Counted from the first letter of the stretch, positions 50,648-63,309 are shown. The stretch: 64,000 nt of DNA from Octopus sinensis (GCF_006345805.1 NC_042998.1:131626001-131690000); one strand, 5' to 3'. Notes: generated from the sequence alone by a model not told the origin. Translations and numbers: made by a program.

Positions 50648-50992
50648 GGCGTAGGAGTGGCTGTGTGGTAAGTAGCTTGCTTACCAACCACATGGTTCCG
50701 GGTTCAGTCCCACTGCGTGGCACCTTGGCCAAGTGTCTTCTACTATAGCCTCGGGCCGACCAAAGCCTTTTGAGTGGATTTGGTAGACGGAAACTGAAAG
50801 AAGCCCGTCGTATATATGTGTATATATATGTATGTGTGTGTTTGCGTTTGTGTGTCTGTGTTTGCCCCCCAACCGATAGAATAAGTACTAGGCTTACAAA
50901 GAATAAGTCCTGGGGTCGATTTCCTCGACTAAAGGCGGTGCTCCAGCATAGCCACAGTCACATGACTGAAACAAGTAAAAGAGTAAAAGAGT
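50648..50992 (+). mobile_element. SINE family A with internal deletion
   Basis: Head and tail intact; jumps from tttgcccccc to aaccgatagaataagtac. Confidence 0.88.
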
Positions 50993-51789
50993 ATATATTC
51001 AAAGCCAGGCGAAACGAATCGCCCAGGAGATGAACGAGAACGATAGACATCGATATTTCGCTGTTATTTTAGTTCATTGGTGTTGTTTTCTCAATCCGAC
51101 CTCGAGATGAAAGAAAATCGCTGGCGCGAAATATAAACTGACAGGATAAAATCTATCTACTGATGTGCAGCTGTGCCTCACAAGTAAAACAAAATTGAAA
51201 TTTTTGAATTAGAAGCAGTTCTTTAAACTTTTATTTATGTAACATATTTCATGTTTGTATATTTCTAAATGCTTTTAGATTGTGGTATTCTGTCCAGGGA
51301 AAGTCCCTTAAAAGATGTAGTGAGTTGTTTTGATAAAGTTGAACAGAAAAATATATACACGAATTCATTATTTCATAACTTAGAAATAATTTTTTTTTAC
51401 TCTGCGTATATAACTTAATGACAAATGAAAAGAAGACATGTCCACATATTAACTTGTTGGTTCAACTTTTCGGTAGTATATCTAAAGCACTGCTAGTTTT
51501 CATGCCATCATATTTAGCGGAGTTTACTCTGTCACATGTTCCTATGTTCCCCAACCAGGACTACTCCGTCTATTCACTTACAATTCACTTTCAACTAGGC
51601 TCCAGTAGCATTAATCTTAATATAGACTAGGAACTCTGCAGAGGACATGTTCACTGTGCCTTCTCTGTGTACGTGTGTATATGTATGTGTGTGTTTATGT
51701 ATTTGTGTGTGTGTGTGTGTGTGGATGTACATGTGTATATATGTGTGTGTATATATATATATGTCTGTGTGTGTGTGTGTGTATGTTCG

Positions 51790-51998
51790 TGTACATGTTT
51801 GTGTGTCCGTGTTTGTACCCCAACATTGCTTGACAACCGATGCTGGTGTATAAACGTCACCGTAACATTAGCGGTTCGGCAAAAATAAAACGATAGAATA
51901 AGTACTAGGCTTACAAAGAATAAGTCCTGGGGTCGAATTGCTCGACTAAAGGTAGTGCTCCAGCATGGCCGTAGTCAAATAACTGAAATCAGTAAAAG
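51790..51998 (+). mobile_element. SINE family A, 3' half
   Basis: ttgcttgacaaccgatgctggtgt...cagcatggccgtagtcaaataactgaaa. Confidence 0.8.
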
Positions 51999-52008
51999 AA
52001 TAAAAGAA

Positions 52009-52065
<57 letters not shown>

Positions 52066-52067
52066 TA

Positions 52068-52122
<55 letters not shown>

Positions 52123-52136
52123 TAGATAGATAGATA

Positions 52137-52207
<71 letters not shown>

Positions 52208-52275
52208 CGTTTGTATTTATGAATATACACGTATGTATATATATCTATGTGTCTATGCATATAGATGTATGTATG

Positions 52276-52370
<95 letters not shown>

Positions 52371-52372
<2 letters not shown>

Positions 52373-52940
52373 TATGACGTAAACGTATTTAACTTTCCTA
52401 TGGGATAAAAACCTTAGATTTTTAACCGTCATTACATATATTGATTAATTAAATTGATTAAACTTGATACAGTAGACAGTCATAAATGTCTGTCACATTT
52501 ATACAATTTTAATGTAATTAGTAAAAGACGGTTCAACAGAGCTATAATTTCAATTGTCGTTACATTCTTGTCAGAAACCGATTACCTAAACCTAACTAAC
52601 CACTGTGAAGTTATATTTCAAAATATTAATAAACGTGTAACTAAATTTAGATAGATAGATAGATTATGACGTAAACGTATTTAACTTTCCTATGGGATAA
52701 AAACCTTAGATTTTTAACCGTCATTACATATATTAATTAATTAAATTGATTAAACTTGATACAGTAGACAGTCATAAATGTCTGTCACATTTATACAATT
52801 TTAATGTAATTAGTAAAAGACGGTTCAACAGAGCTATAATTTCAATTGTCGTTACATTCTTGTCAGAAACCGATTACCTAAACCTAACTAACCACTGTGA
52901 AGTTATATTTCAAAATATTAATAAACGTGTAACTAAATTT
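52371..52940 (+). repeat. Near-identical tandem duplication of a ~278-bp unit separated by (GATA)n
   Basis: 52371-52648 vs 52663-52940; only one substitution noticed. Confidence 0.92.
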
Positions 52941-53065
52941 AACAGACTCATTTTAATATTTGGCAAGTTTTTGGCTGTTTGTTCTTTCCAGTGAATTAAT
53001 GAGTTTCTGTAGTATCTATTTTATTTGGGTAAATTCATCTATCTATCTGTCTATCGATCTATCTA

Positions 53066-53138
<73 letters not shown>

Positions 53139-53238
53139 ATCTATCTATTTATATGTGTGTGTGCATACATGTGTGTCTGCGTATATGTCTGTCTGCATAT
53201 GTGTGTGTGTGTGGTGTGTGTGTGTGTGTGTGTGTATA

Positions 53239-53975
53239 CGAGGGGCTACTCAAAGGAAACCTGAATTTTGCAATGTTCTTTTATTCACTTAGTTTTACAT
53301 GTTTACACTTTTATCGCCTTCAAAGAATTCTCCATTTGAAGCAATGCATTGGTCCAGACGAGTTTTCCACTATTCGAAGCAGTACTGGAACTCTTGTGAA
53401 GTGATGCCTTTTAATGATTCCGTCGTTCTTTTATTCACCTCTTCCACATCTGCAAATTCCGTAGCATCAGTTTTCGTCACCAGTGACGACCTTCGAAAAG
53501 AGTTTCAGATCAACTTCCAGCTGTTCTTTCAGTTCAAGACAGCACTCATTCAGTCGTGACTGCTTTTGGTCTTCCGTGAGCAAGCGAGGCACAAATTTTG
53601 TTGCAACTCTTTTCGTTCGCAATCCCTCTCTCAAAATTCGTTGGCGGGAGCTCCAGGACAAATCACTTATATCAACAAGTTCGTCAATTGTTCGGTGACG
53701 GTCCGCCAAGATCAGTTCATGAATTTTCATGATGTTTTCCTTTGTTCGGGAGGTCGACGGTTATCCTGAACGAGGATAACCGTTTGATCATCAAGCGACG
53801 AGTGACCATTCCTAAAGCGTGAAAACCGCTCGTAAACTTGTATTTTGCTCGTGGCAGCGACCTTGTATGCAGTTTGAAGCATGACAACTATAGCATGAAA
53901 ACGGCCGCACTTTTGCCCAGCAGAAAACACTTCTCGGAAGCGCGCTGTTCCTTCGTTTCAGCTATCACATAAGTA
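53239..53975 (-). mobile_element. Internally deleted mariner, one TIR left
   Basis: TA+cgagggg terminus. Motifs RFSRFRNG, TKFVPRLLT, KVVTGDE, then a jump to the C-terminal WKTRLDQCIASNGEFFEG. The other end is interrupted by a SINE A at ~53985. Confidence 0.85.
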
Positions 53976-53984
53976 TTGTGCAAG

Positions 53985-54064
53985 CGTCTTCTACTATAGC
54001 AACAGGCCAACCAAAGCTTTTGTGAGTTGTTTTGATAGACAGAAACTGAAAGAAGCCCATCGTA

Positions 54065-54126
<62 letters not shown>

Positions 54127-54368
54127 CGTGTGTGTCTGTGCGTGTGTATGTTTGCGTGTCTGTGTTTGTCCCCCACCATCGCTTGACAACCGATTTTGGA
54201 GTGTTAACGCCCCCCCCGTAACGTAGCGTTTCGGCAAAAATGACCGATGGAATAAGTACGAAGCTTGCAAATAATATTCCTGGGGCTGATTTGTTCGACT
54301 GAAAAGGCGGTGTTCCAGTATGGCTGCAGTCAAATTACTGAAACAAATAAAAGAATAAAAGAAAAGAA
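53985..54368 (+). mobile_element. SINE family A lacking the head
   Basis: caagcgtcttctactatagc...tagacagaaactgaaagaagcc...ctgcagtcaaattactgaaacaa. Confidence 0.8.
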
Positions 54369-55217
54369 TATATATATATATAATACAAAAAAGTAGATGC
54401 ACATGAGTTATGTGTGTGAAAATGTACACATTCTTATGAGCTTCAAAAGCTTAAAATTTTCGTAGTTAATCAATATACATTTTTAAGGAGCATGAAAATT
54501 GCTTTTGAGTTAATCGGGAAATGGGGTTTATTCCAAAGCCATGATTAATTGCAAGTATTGGGGAAGTGAAAATGTAAGGACTCATTCTTGCAAGGCAGTG
54601 TTTAGGGGTGGTAGCGGGAAAGCTAAGAATTGTAAAATGGCGGAAATTAGGAAAAGTGGAGGAATTAAAAATTGAAGAATGGCTAAATGAAGAAAGAAGC
54701 AGAAAAGGAATGTAGAAAATCTCGATGATGATATATAAACGGTGTGTCGTAGTTTTCTGTCGACATTTATCAAATTTGGTTGATCATTGCAAGTGATTAA
54801 CAAGATATACATGCTTATATTATTCTATTGCAAAAGCTCTAAAAGCCGTAAGTTAATTACATTAATGAAAACACCAATTATTTAATCACGACAACCAGTA
54901 ATGCCGAGTATTCAAATTAATCTGGTTTGTGTTTAATTTAAATAGCGACTACTGTAAGTTACATTCATGGTCAGATAGTTGGCCGATACGTCTTCTCTGA
55001 CGAGTAACCATGTAGTTATGAATCATATCAAGATAATTTTCTATAGTTTTGTCTGTGTAAAACATTGTCACAATGTATTAACAGGTGTTTAAGTTATATG
55101 GAGAAATTTACAAAAGATAATGTAGGATGAGTATATGAATCTTCGTAGTTTTGATAGAGATAGTATTGTACACAAATTACTTATTATACATACACACATG
55201 CACACACATATACAAAC

Positions 55218-55270
<53 letters not shown>

Positions 55271-55380
55271 AAATAATGAGGGAGATAAATTAATATTAAT
55301 TTTAATAACAATTTAAAACCAATAGTCCAGCATACAAAAAATCTGAGAAGTCAGAGAAAGTTCTAATATATGTGCCAATA

Positions 55381-55441
<61 letters not shown>

Positions 55442-55497
55442 CTACGTTTATATATTGTTGTGCAAGATTGTTTATGTGAAGTCGTGTGTTGAAACAG

Positions 55498-55747
55498 ATA
55501 TTGTTATATTTCGGAATGGTCATTTTGCCAGTTTAGCCAGTTTAGTAAGGAGAGACACAAATGAGAAAGAAGAAAACAAAGGACCACTGATGCGGTCACA
55601 GGAGTGTGACGAAAGAACTCTGGCCGAAATAAGATTAAGATTATTGTAAAAAATAAATAACACTGAAGCAAAATAACACCAAATATATAGTGCGTGTGTT
55701 TTTATTGGCTAAACTGGCAAAATGACCATTCCGAAATATAACAATAT
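55498..55747. repeat. 42-bp inverted repeat enclosing a decayed hammerhead
   Basis: atattgttatatttcggaatggtcattttgccagtttagcca and its reverse complement. Spacer holds ggacca-ctgatgcg-gtcac..gtgac-gaaa-gaac-tc-tggcc at 55581-55625. Confidence 0.8.
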
Positions 55748-55783
55748 ATATATATATACATACACACACACACACACACATAT

Positions 55784-55837
<54 letters not shown>

Positions 55838-56049
55838 GACGTGTGTGTGTGTGTATGTGCGTGCGTATGTGTATGCATGCATACATATAAGTGCGCTCGA
55901 ACGCTCGCACATTCGCACACATATGGGCGCGCACTCAAACGAACAACCTTCTATAGAATCCAGACGAAATTTTGTGTGTAAACGTATATTTATGTCAGTG
56001 TATATGTTTATGTGTGTATGCGTGTGTGTGCGCGTATGTGTGTACGTGC

Positions 56050-56090
<41 letters not shown>

Positions 56091-56327
56091 CATATGTGTG
56101 TTTTTGTGTGAGACCGACAGAAAAAGAGAGCGCGTATGTCTCTTTATATCTGCATTTGTCCTCCTCCACCGCTTGACAACCGGTGTTGGTGTGTTTACAC
56201 CAACTAGCAATTCCGCATCTGTCTAATGACTGAAACAAGGGAAAAGATGGAAGATACACACAAGCACACAGAAATACATGCATACGTGCATATATACATA
56301 TATATATATATTATATATATTATATAT

Positions 56328-56375
<48 letters not shown>

Positions 56376-56385
56376 TATATATATA

Positions 56386-56643
56386 TTAATCCGAGGAGAG
56401 GCAATGTGAGCAGCAACTAAAGGAACATTACAAAATCCACAGAAAGATCAAACATATACATATATTCATATATTCATTTATATCTACAGAACAGATATAA
56501 AGTCCGACGTTTAAATATATAGTAATATATAAATATATAAACATTATATAAAAATATATAAATCTATATGTATGTTTTTGATCTTTCTGTGGGTTTTGTA
56601 ATGTACCTTTAGTTGCTGCTCACATTGCCTCCCCTCGGATTAA
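56386..56643. repeat. ~75-bp near-perfect inverted repeat
   Basis: ttaatccgaggagaggcaatgtgagcagcaactaaagg... versus ...cctttagttgctgctcacattgcctcccctcggattaa. Confidence 0.88.
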
Positions 56644-56744
56644 AAAGTGTATTCAGCTCATTTGAGCACTACTTATTCCAGTCTATTATACATTTTGAGT
56701 GTTGTTGTCACTAGCGATCTCAAGATATAACTTTATATTTTGTA

Positions 56745-56775
<31 letters not shown>

Positions 56776-57185
56776 CACACACATATATATATATATTATA
56801 CATGCGCGTATATTGATAAATGAACACGTGTGAGAATTTAAATATGCATGAAGTGAATGTATATACCAGAAAGAAGATACACACCCTACTGAAAAATGTA
56901 ACAATATTGAATGTGCATCTATCTAGTAAGATGTAACTGCATTATATATCTACACCTTCTGCAATAATATTGTATGTTGAACGTGTCCCTAGCGCCAAAC
57001 AGTTACTTATACATGTTTCAAATTCTGACAACTGATAACATACGGGAAACGTGATGCTTATGCATAAACGTGAGAATAATGCTTTGCGAATTTCTGTGTG
57101 TGTAAGTACGCACATTTGGATATAGGTATACATGTAAGTATCTGACCCATATTCGTACATATATATACATACACACACGTAACGC

Positions 57186-57279
<94 letters not shown>

Positions 57280-57316
57280 ATATATAATAGATAAATAGAT
57301 AGATGGATAGACAGAC

Positions 57317-57373
<57 letters not shown>

Positions 57374-57499
57374 TAGATAGATAGATAGATAGATAGACAT
57401 ACATACATACATACATACATATCGATCGTCGATAAAACATAAATCCGAAAAAGAAGCACACTCTAAGTTATAGAGTAGGATTTTATATAAAGTTAAATA

Positions 57500-58200
57500 A
57501 GACTGGTTTATGGGACAACCGTGGGGTTCAGGTCCATAAAACACTTAGCTTTACGGCGTATCATCAGATCTCAAAACTGTTGGCTTATAGCCTCTATAGC
57601 GAGCGGCCTCTCAAGAAAATGGAGGAGGAAATGACCTTGCTACTCAATGTCGGCAACAGGGGATTGTCTCCCTTTGGCTATCGATCGTAAGTGGGTTCCA
57701 ATAGGCCAGCACCCAAGCACGGAGTCACATCGGTTGCTCTGGTAACACATTCAAGCAACGCCTCTCCAACTACAGATCCTCTTTCAGCCAGCAACGTAGG
57801 GCAGCTGAAGGACGATGGGATCCACACACAATATCATGGAGAATCCTAGAAAATCCAGGCCACTGCATAAGCGGGACCAAGTGTTGTAAATTGTGCATAG
57901 CGGAACAGGCGAAGATACTAAAGGGATCCCTAAACCAGAGGAACATTCTTAAATCCAGAACAGAGATCTTAGAACGGTGCTTGCATTTCAGAAAATCCTG
58001 CTGGCCTGTTGAAATCCAGAAGATAACAGGGAGACAATCTCCTATTGTTGACATTGTGTAGCGAGGTCCTTTCCTCAGCCATTGGCTAGAGAGGCCACTC
58101 ACTAGAGAGGCCATGTGCCAGCATGTCACGGATCTGGTGAATTGCCTCAATGCTAAGCGCTTTATGGACGGGAAATCCAGTGTAATCTCATAAACCGGCC
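57500..58200 (+). mobile_element. Old Penelope-like remnant: inverted pLTR, GIY-YIG fragment, pLTR
   Basis: ~57640-58050 reads GDCLL..SIV...HIGCSGNTFKQRLSNYRSSF...ISWRIL...CCKLCIAE...RTEILERCLHFRK, with one stop. 57500-57612 is a diverged reverse complement of 58085-58200. Confidence 0.8.
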
Positions 58201-58207
58201 TTACGTA

Positions 58208-58258
<51 letters not shown>

Positions 58259-58259
58259 T

Positions 58260-59272
58260 CAGGGGTTGAAGAAAATAATGGAAACACCTAGCATCGTAAT
58301 TTTGAAATAGCTATAAACCGTCAAAAGCTTGTTTATTTTTATATTTTTTTAATTTATTATTAGTGTTGCTTAATATGTTTTGCTAAAATTGCTGTTCTTT
58401 TCAGATATCATCAGAAAAAGTAATTAAAATTCATTAAGATGACAGATCTATCAGACTTTCAAAGAGGTCAAATTGCTGGTGCTCGTATGGTAGGCTCTAG
58501 CATAACGAAATGTTTGGTGTATCAAGAAGTACTGTCTTGAAAGTAATGACAGCCTTTGAGAAAGAGGGAAAAACCTCCTCGTTGAAACAAAACTCCGGAA
58601 AAAAAAAAAACTTTCAGATACGGACCGTCGAACTCATACGCAAATTGTTAGAAAGGATCACAAAAGTACAGCTCCCAAAATTACGGCAGAGCTTAATGAC
58701 CACCTCGAGAACCCAGTTTCCACAAAAACTATTCGCCGGGAGCTGCACAAAACCGGATTTCATGGGAGGGCTGCAGTCAAAAAAACCACTACTTTTCAAA
58801 AACAAGCGTTGCAAATCATTTAGCGTGGTGTAAAAACCTACAGAATTGGTCCCTAGAGCAGTGGAAGAACGTTATTTTCTCGGACGAGTTATTCTTAGCC
58901 TTATGTCGGACCTCCGGCCGAGTATACGTGTGGAGACAGCCTAAAGAAGCATGACCCAGACTACTTTTTCCAACTGTTAAACATTGAGGAGGATCAGTGA
59001 TGATCTGGGGGGTGGGGACTATATCTTGGAAATCTGCCGACCCAATGGTTTCCCTTCATAGCAGAATTACCGTATTTGACAGCATATAGGACGCACTTTT
59101 TTCCAAAAAATTTGGCTCAAAAAATCGCCCTGCGTCTAATATGCGAAGTCAAGACCCTCCCGTAGGCTAATCTTCTCCTAGACGCTCACTAACCTAGCTT
59201 ACGATAAGTATTTCTACCTACGCTAACGCCTTAATGATATTTTCCGTACTCATGCCTCATTATTTTATTGCT

Positions 59273-59327
<55 letters not shown>

Positions 59328-60289
59328 GTATTATTACTTTAAAATACGAATTATCGTAAAAATCAAAGCAATCTACCGTAAATTGTTAGGCTGCGATCCA
59401 TGACACACGTTTACTAATATCAGCTGATCGGAACCCTAACTCGATGCCATCTGACGGTGAAATCATTGTGAAGGCTTTTAAGAAGTGTGGCATTAGCAAT
59501 GCCCTTGATGGCACAGAAGATGATGCATTATTTGAAGACAGTGATTTCAGCAGTAGTGATGAAGATGTTCCTTGTTTTGAAGATGATGAAGACTTTTCTG
59601 GTGTAGAAGATGATGAAGAATTTTCTGGTTAAAAAGATGATTAAAGATGATTACTATTGTAATTTGTATGCTTTCCTTTTTTTATGCTTGCTTTTATACA
59701 GCAATGTTTTCTGCTTTTCTAATGTGCTGCTAGACTGCTTTCAACAATATATGCTTAAATACGCTTAAAACTTTTTTTCCTGAATTTGACCTGCTGAAAT
59801 GAGGGTGCGTCTAATATGCCAGTGCGTCTAATATGCCATCAAATACGGTAATAGTCAAGATTATTTAAGCATTTTATCTGATCAAATTCATCTTATGGTT
59901 GCAGAACTGTTTCCGGAGGAAACGCAAACTTTCAGGATTATAACGCACCAATTCACAGCTAAAATTGTTACTGAATCTCATGAGGAACATTCTAGTGAAG
60001 TTGAACATCTTATCTGGCCACCACAGTCCCCAGAACTCAATATTATTGAACAATTATGATGCATTTTAGAAAAACAAGTAAGGAGTCGATATCCTCCATC
60101 ATCATCACTTCAAGAACAGAAGACTGTTTTAGTTGAAGAATGGGCAAAAATTCCTTTGGAAACAATTCAAACTTTGTACGGGTCCATACCTCGTAGAATT
60201 CGTAATTACTGCTAAAGTTGGTCCTATCGCATATTAAAATAAATTTGTTTGAAATTTTAAGGTGTTTCCATTATTTTGTCCAACCCTTG
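58260..60289 (+). mobile_element. Tc1-family DNA transposon, degenerate
   Basis: TIRs caggggttgaagaaaataatggaaacacc / ggtgtttccattattttgtccaacccttg. Transposase from ATG 58439 (DLSDFQRGQI, FGVSRSTV, WKNVIFSDE, FQDYNAPIH, WPPQSPELNIIE) to ~60237. Confidence 0.92.
59070..59848 (+). mobile_element. Internally deleted pogo-family element nested in the Tc1
   Basis: TIRs ccgtatttgacagcatataggacgcac / gtgcgtctaatatgccatcaaatacgg, with TA duplicated at 59068-69 and 59849-50. Retains IVKAFKKCGISNALDGTEDD plus an acidic tail, the C-terminus of pogo/POGK-type transposases. Confidence 0.8.
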
Positions 60290-60572
60290 TGTATATACAT
60301 GCACACATTGTCTTACACCTTCAATATGTTGACTAATAACACAATTAAATATGAATATATGTATGGATCATGTTACGCGTCTGTATGGGTGCATGTATGA
60401 CAACCTGGTCTCTGAAAACATTATGTAGTAGGTGATTATATGCACACATATATATCTATCTATTTATCTGCCTATCTATCTATCTATTTATCTATCTATC
60501 TGTCTATATATTTATCTATATTTATTTCTATCTATCTTTTTCTCTCTTTATCTCTCTCTTCTTCTTACATCT

Positions 60573-60613
<41 letters not shown>

Positions 60614-60620
60614 TTATATA

Positions 60621-60682
<62 letters not shown>

Positions 60683-60720
60683 GAATGGAGTTGAACGAAG
60701 GTGTTAAGAAAATTCCTTTA

Positions 60721-60802
60721 CTCTCGACATATGTTTCGAAGACAACATGATTTCATTCCAAAGGAATAAACGGTGCAAGATGCAATCTTCTCATCAGGAA
60801 AG
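60721..60802 (-). ncRNA. Type I hammerhead ribozyme
   Basis: CUUUC-CUGAUGA-GAAGA...UCUUC-GAAA-CAUAUG-UC^GAGAG. Confidence 0.85.
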
Positions 60803-60905
60803 AAAGGGAGCCTCTCTCAACAACAAGACAAACAAAAATTGCGATGACTGCCTACATGGTAAACAAAACGATAATAAGTGTTTTAAAAACCGTTAGTAGA
60901 ATTGA

Positions 60906-61040
60906 CGTCAAAGTTCTTCACCCGGGAATTCCAGCATTAATCTTGCTAATTCCAACCCATCATACAATCATAATAATAGGAATAGTATTAATAGTAATAG
61001 CAATGGTAGTAGTGATAGTGTTAACAATGATAATAATAAC

Positions 61041-61089
<49 letters not shown>

Positions 61090-61688
61090 GTAATAGTCGT
61101 GTTAATAACAATGGCAATGTTAATAGTAATAACAATAACGGTATTATTGTTGATGGTATTATTGGTTGTATTACCATTAATAATACTAATAATAATAGGA
61201 ATAGTGTTGTTGGTTGTGCTAATAATAATAGTAGCAACAATCGTGGCAATAAAAACTTCGCTTCGATCTCGGAGGACAACCCCAACAGAATTAAATTTTT
61301 GTCTAGTAATTCTAAGATTAAAAATTCTATTTACCAGTGTAGAATTTCTTCCGGTACCGATGTCTTCTTCTATATAGGAGCGTCCACTTTCCAGTTATCC
61401 AAGAGAATTTCAAACCATTATTCAACATTCAGAAATAGTAAAAAACGACATAGTACAGGGCTAAGTAAATTAGTTTGGCGTCTTAAAGACAATAATATAG
61501 ATTTTAAGTTAGATTGGTTCATTCTGTCTGTATCCTTTCCTTTTGATAAGGGCAGGAGATTTTGTAACATTTGCAACTCTGAACTCTTCCATATTCTCTT
61601 CTCTAAGGTTCCCCTTGTAAACACACTCATAGAGAAATCGTACAAATGTAAACACAGGCAGAAACATACGTTTTACTCATATAAATGA
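60906..61688 (+). pseudogene. Stop-free 260-codon frame: Asn/Ser-rich region fused to a PLE GIY-YIG endonuclease; no in-frame ATG
   Basis: SIYQCRI...FFYIGAST...KRISNH...STGLSKLVWRLKD...CNICNSE...CKHRQK. Hand translation shows the frame open back to the TGA at 60903-60905. Confidence 0.85.
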
Positions 61689-61956
61689 TTACGATAGTCA
61701 TTGTGGTTTGAACAATTAGCTTAACGTGCACTCCACTTCAATAGCGAAATTCTTTCCAAAGCCTTTGAACATTCTTTTAATCAACGTACCCTCTCCGCTT
61801 GTTCCCCACCTATTATTCCTTTAACCCTTCTCTTCCTACTATCCAACTTTGACGTCAATTCTACTAACGGTTTTTTTAAAACTCTTATTATCGTTTTGTT
61901 TACCATGTAGGCAGTCATCGCAATTTTTGTTTGTCTTGTTGTGAGAGGCTTCCTTT

Positions 61957-62038
61957 CTTTCCTGATGAGAAGATTGCATCTTGCACCGTTTATTCCTTTG
62001 GAATGAAATCATGTTGTCTTCGAAACATAGGTCGAGAG
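61957..62038 (+). ncRNA. Type I hammerhead ribozyme, sister copy
   Basis: CUUUC-CUGAUGA-GAAGA...UCUUC-GAAA-CAUAGG-UC^GAGAG. One change breaks the stem III palindrome. Confidence 0.8.
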
Positions 62039-62243
62039 TAGAGGAATTTTATTAACATCTTCGTTCAACTCCATTCATTTATTTATTCATATATATCACA
62101 CAAATTTCTGCACATGAACCCGGAGTTTCTATCCTTGGACAGGTCGCTTCAACTGTGTTTCTGACGTGAATTTGCTTCCCTGGTATCGGTTCATCGAATT
62201 TTCCATGTTGACGGTAAACATAGGATAATTCATTCACCTATCG

Positions 62244-62281
<38 letters not shown>

Positions 62282-62290
62282 TATATATAT

Positions 62291-62709
62291 ATTTATATAT
62301 AGAGGGCATTATACATACATGCCAGAGAGCATTATACATACATGCCACACGCTAAGAGGGACAATTAGTCATTTCTACCAAAAATATTACTAATCCCACC
62401 GAATGCAATTTTTCAAAATAAGACATTTAAAAAATATAGACCTGTATCACAGTGATTTCATACTTACGTATTCATCAGCAGGCCTGAATGTATCATAAAT
62501 AAATGACCCTGCCCCGCTTAAGCCGATCAGCTAACTGATCAACATCAACGAAGCACATGGGTGAGTTTTTTAAATGTCTTATTTTGAAAAATTGCATTCG
62601 GTGGGATTAGTAATATTTTTGGTAGAAATGACTAATTGTCCCTCTTAGCGTGTGGCATGTATGTATAATGCTCTCTGGCATGTATGTATAATGCCCTCTA
62701 TATATAAAT
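62291..62709. repeat. Perfect 144-bp inverted repeat with 131-bp spacer
   Basis: 62291-62434 versus 62566-62709; no mismatch found by hand comparison. Confidence 0.95.
62439..62484 (-). ncRNA. Compact type I hammerhead ribozyme in the spacer
   Basis: GGCCUG-CUGAUGA-AUAC(GUAA)GUAU-GAAA-UCACUGUGA-UA^CAGGUC. All core positions canonical; GNRA loop on stem II. Confidence 0.9.
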
Positions 62710-62826
62710 TAATATGTTCAATAAGAAATAATTATTTTCGAAATTTATTCTCTTATGAGGTTTTCACGCTATCTACCTGACAATTTCTTGTTAAGTTTTC
62801 CTTATTAAGTAGTTGTCCTTAATTGC

Positions 62827-62859
<33 letters not shown>

Positions 62860-63108
62860 TTAATCCAAACATGAAAACACAATAGACCATTTGGGGTATA
62901 TTTCTAGCAAACTGGTGTTGCAATCATTAAATACCCTTATTATAATTTTAATATAAATTAATCATTATGGTATTTTTAGTATGCTGGCCACTGATAAATC
63001 ATTAAATTATGATTTTATCATAATTAGTATATATATATATACATACATATATATATATATATATACATACATATATATAATATATATATATAATATATAT
63101 AATATATA

Positions 63109-63309
<201 letters not shown>

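Larger units (their letters stand above)
60679..62080 (+). mobile_element. Penelope-like element: inverted pLTR, Asn-rich linker, GIY-YIG endonuclease, pLTR; no RT
   Basis: 60679-60915 is the near-identical reverse complement of 61845-62080. Hammerheads lie in both copies. Confidence 0.9.

Noticed and set aside
57545-57600. 5S rRNA-like words (tacggcgtatc...cagatctc)
   Set aside because: Too short, and explained as part of the inverted pLTR of the 57500-58200 element.
57770-58150. 126-aa minus-strand ORF
   Set aside because: Antisense of the plus-strand GIY-YIG fragment.
60844-61377. 177-aa Ile/Val-rich ORF resembling a membrane protein
   Set aside because: Alternative frame of the AAT-rich tract; the Asn frame is the one continuous with the nuclease.
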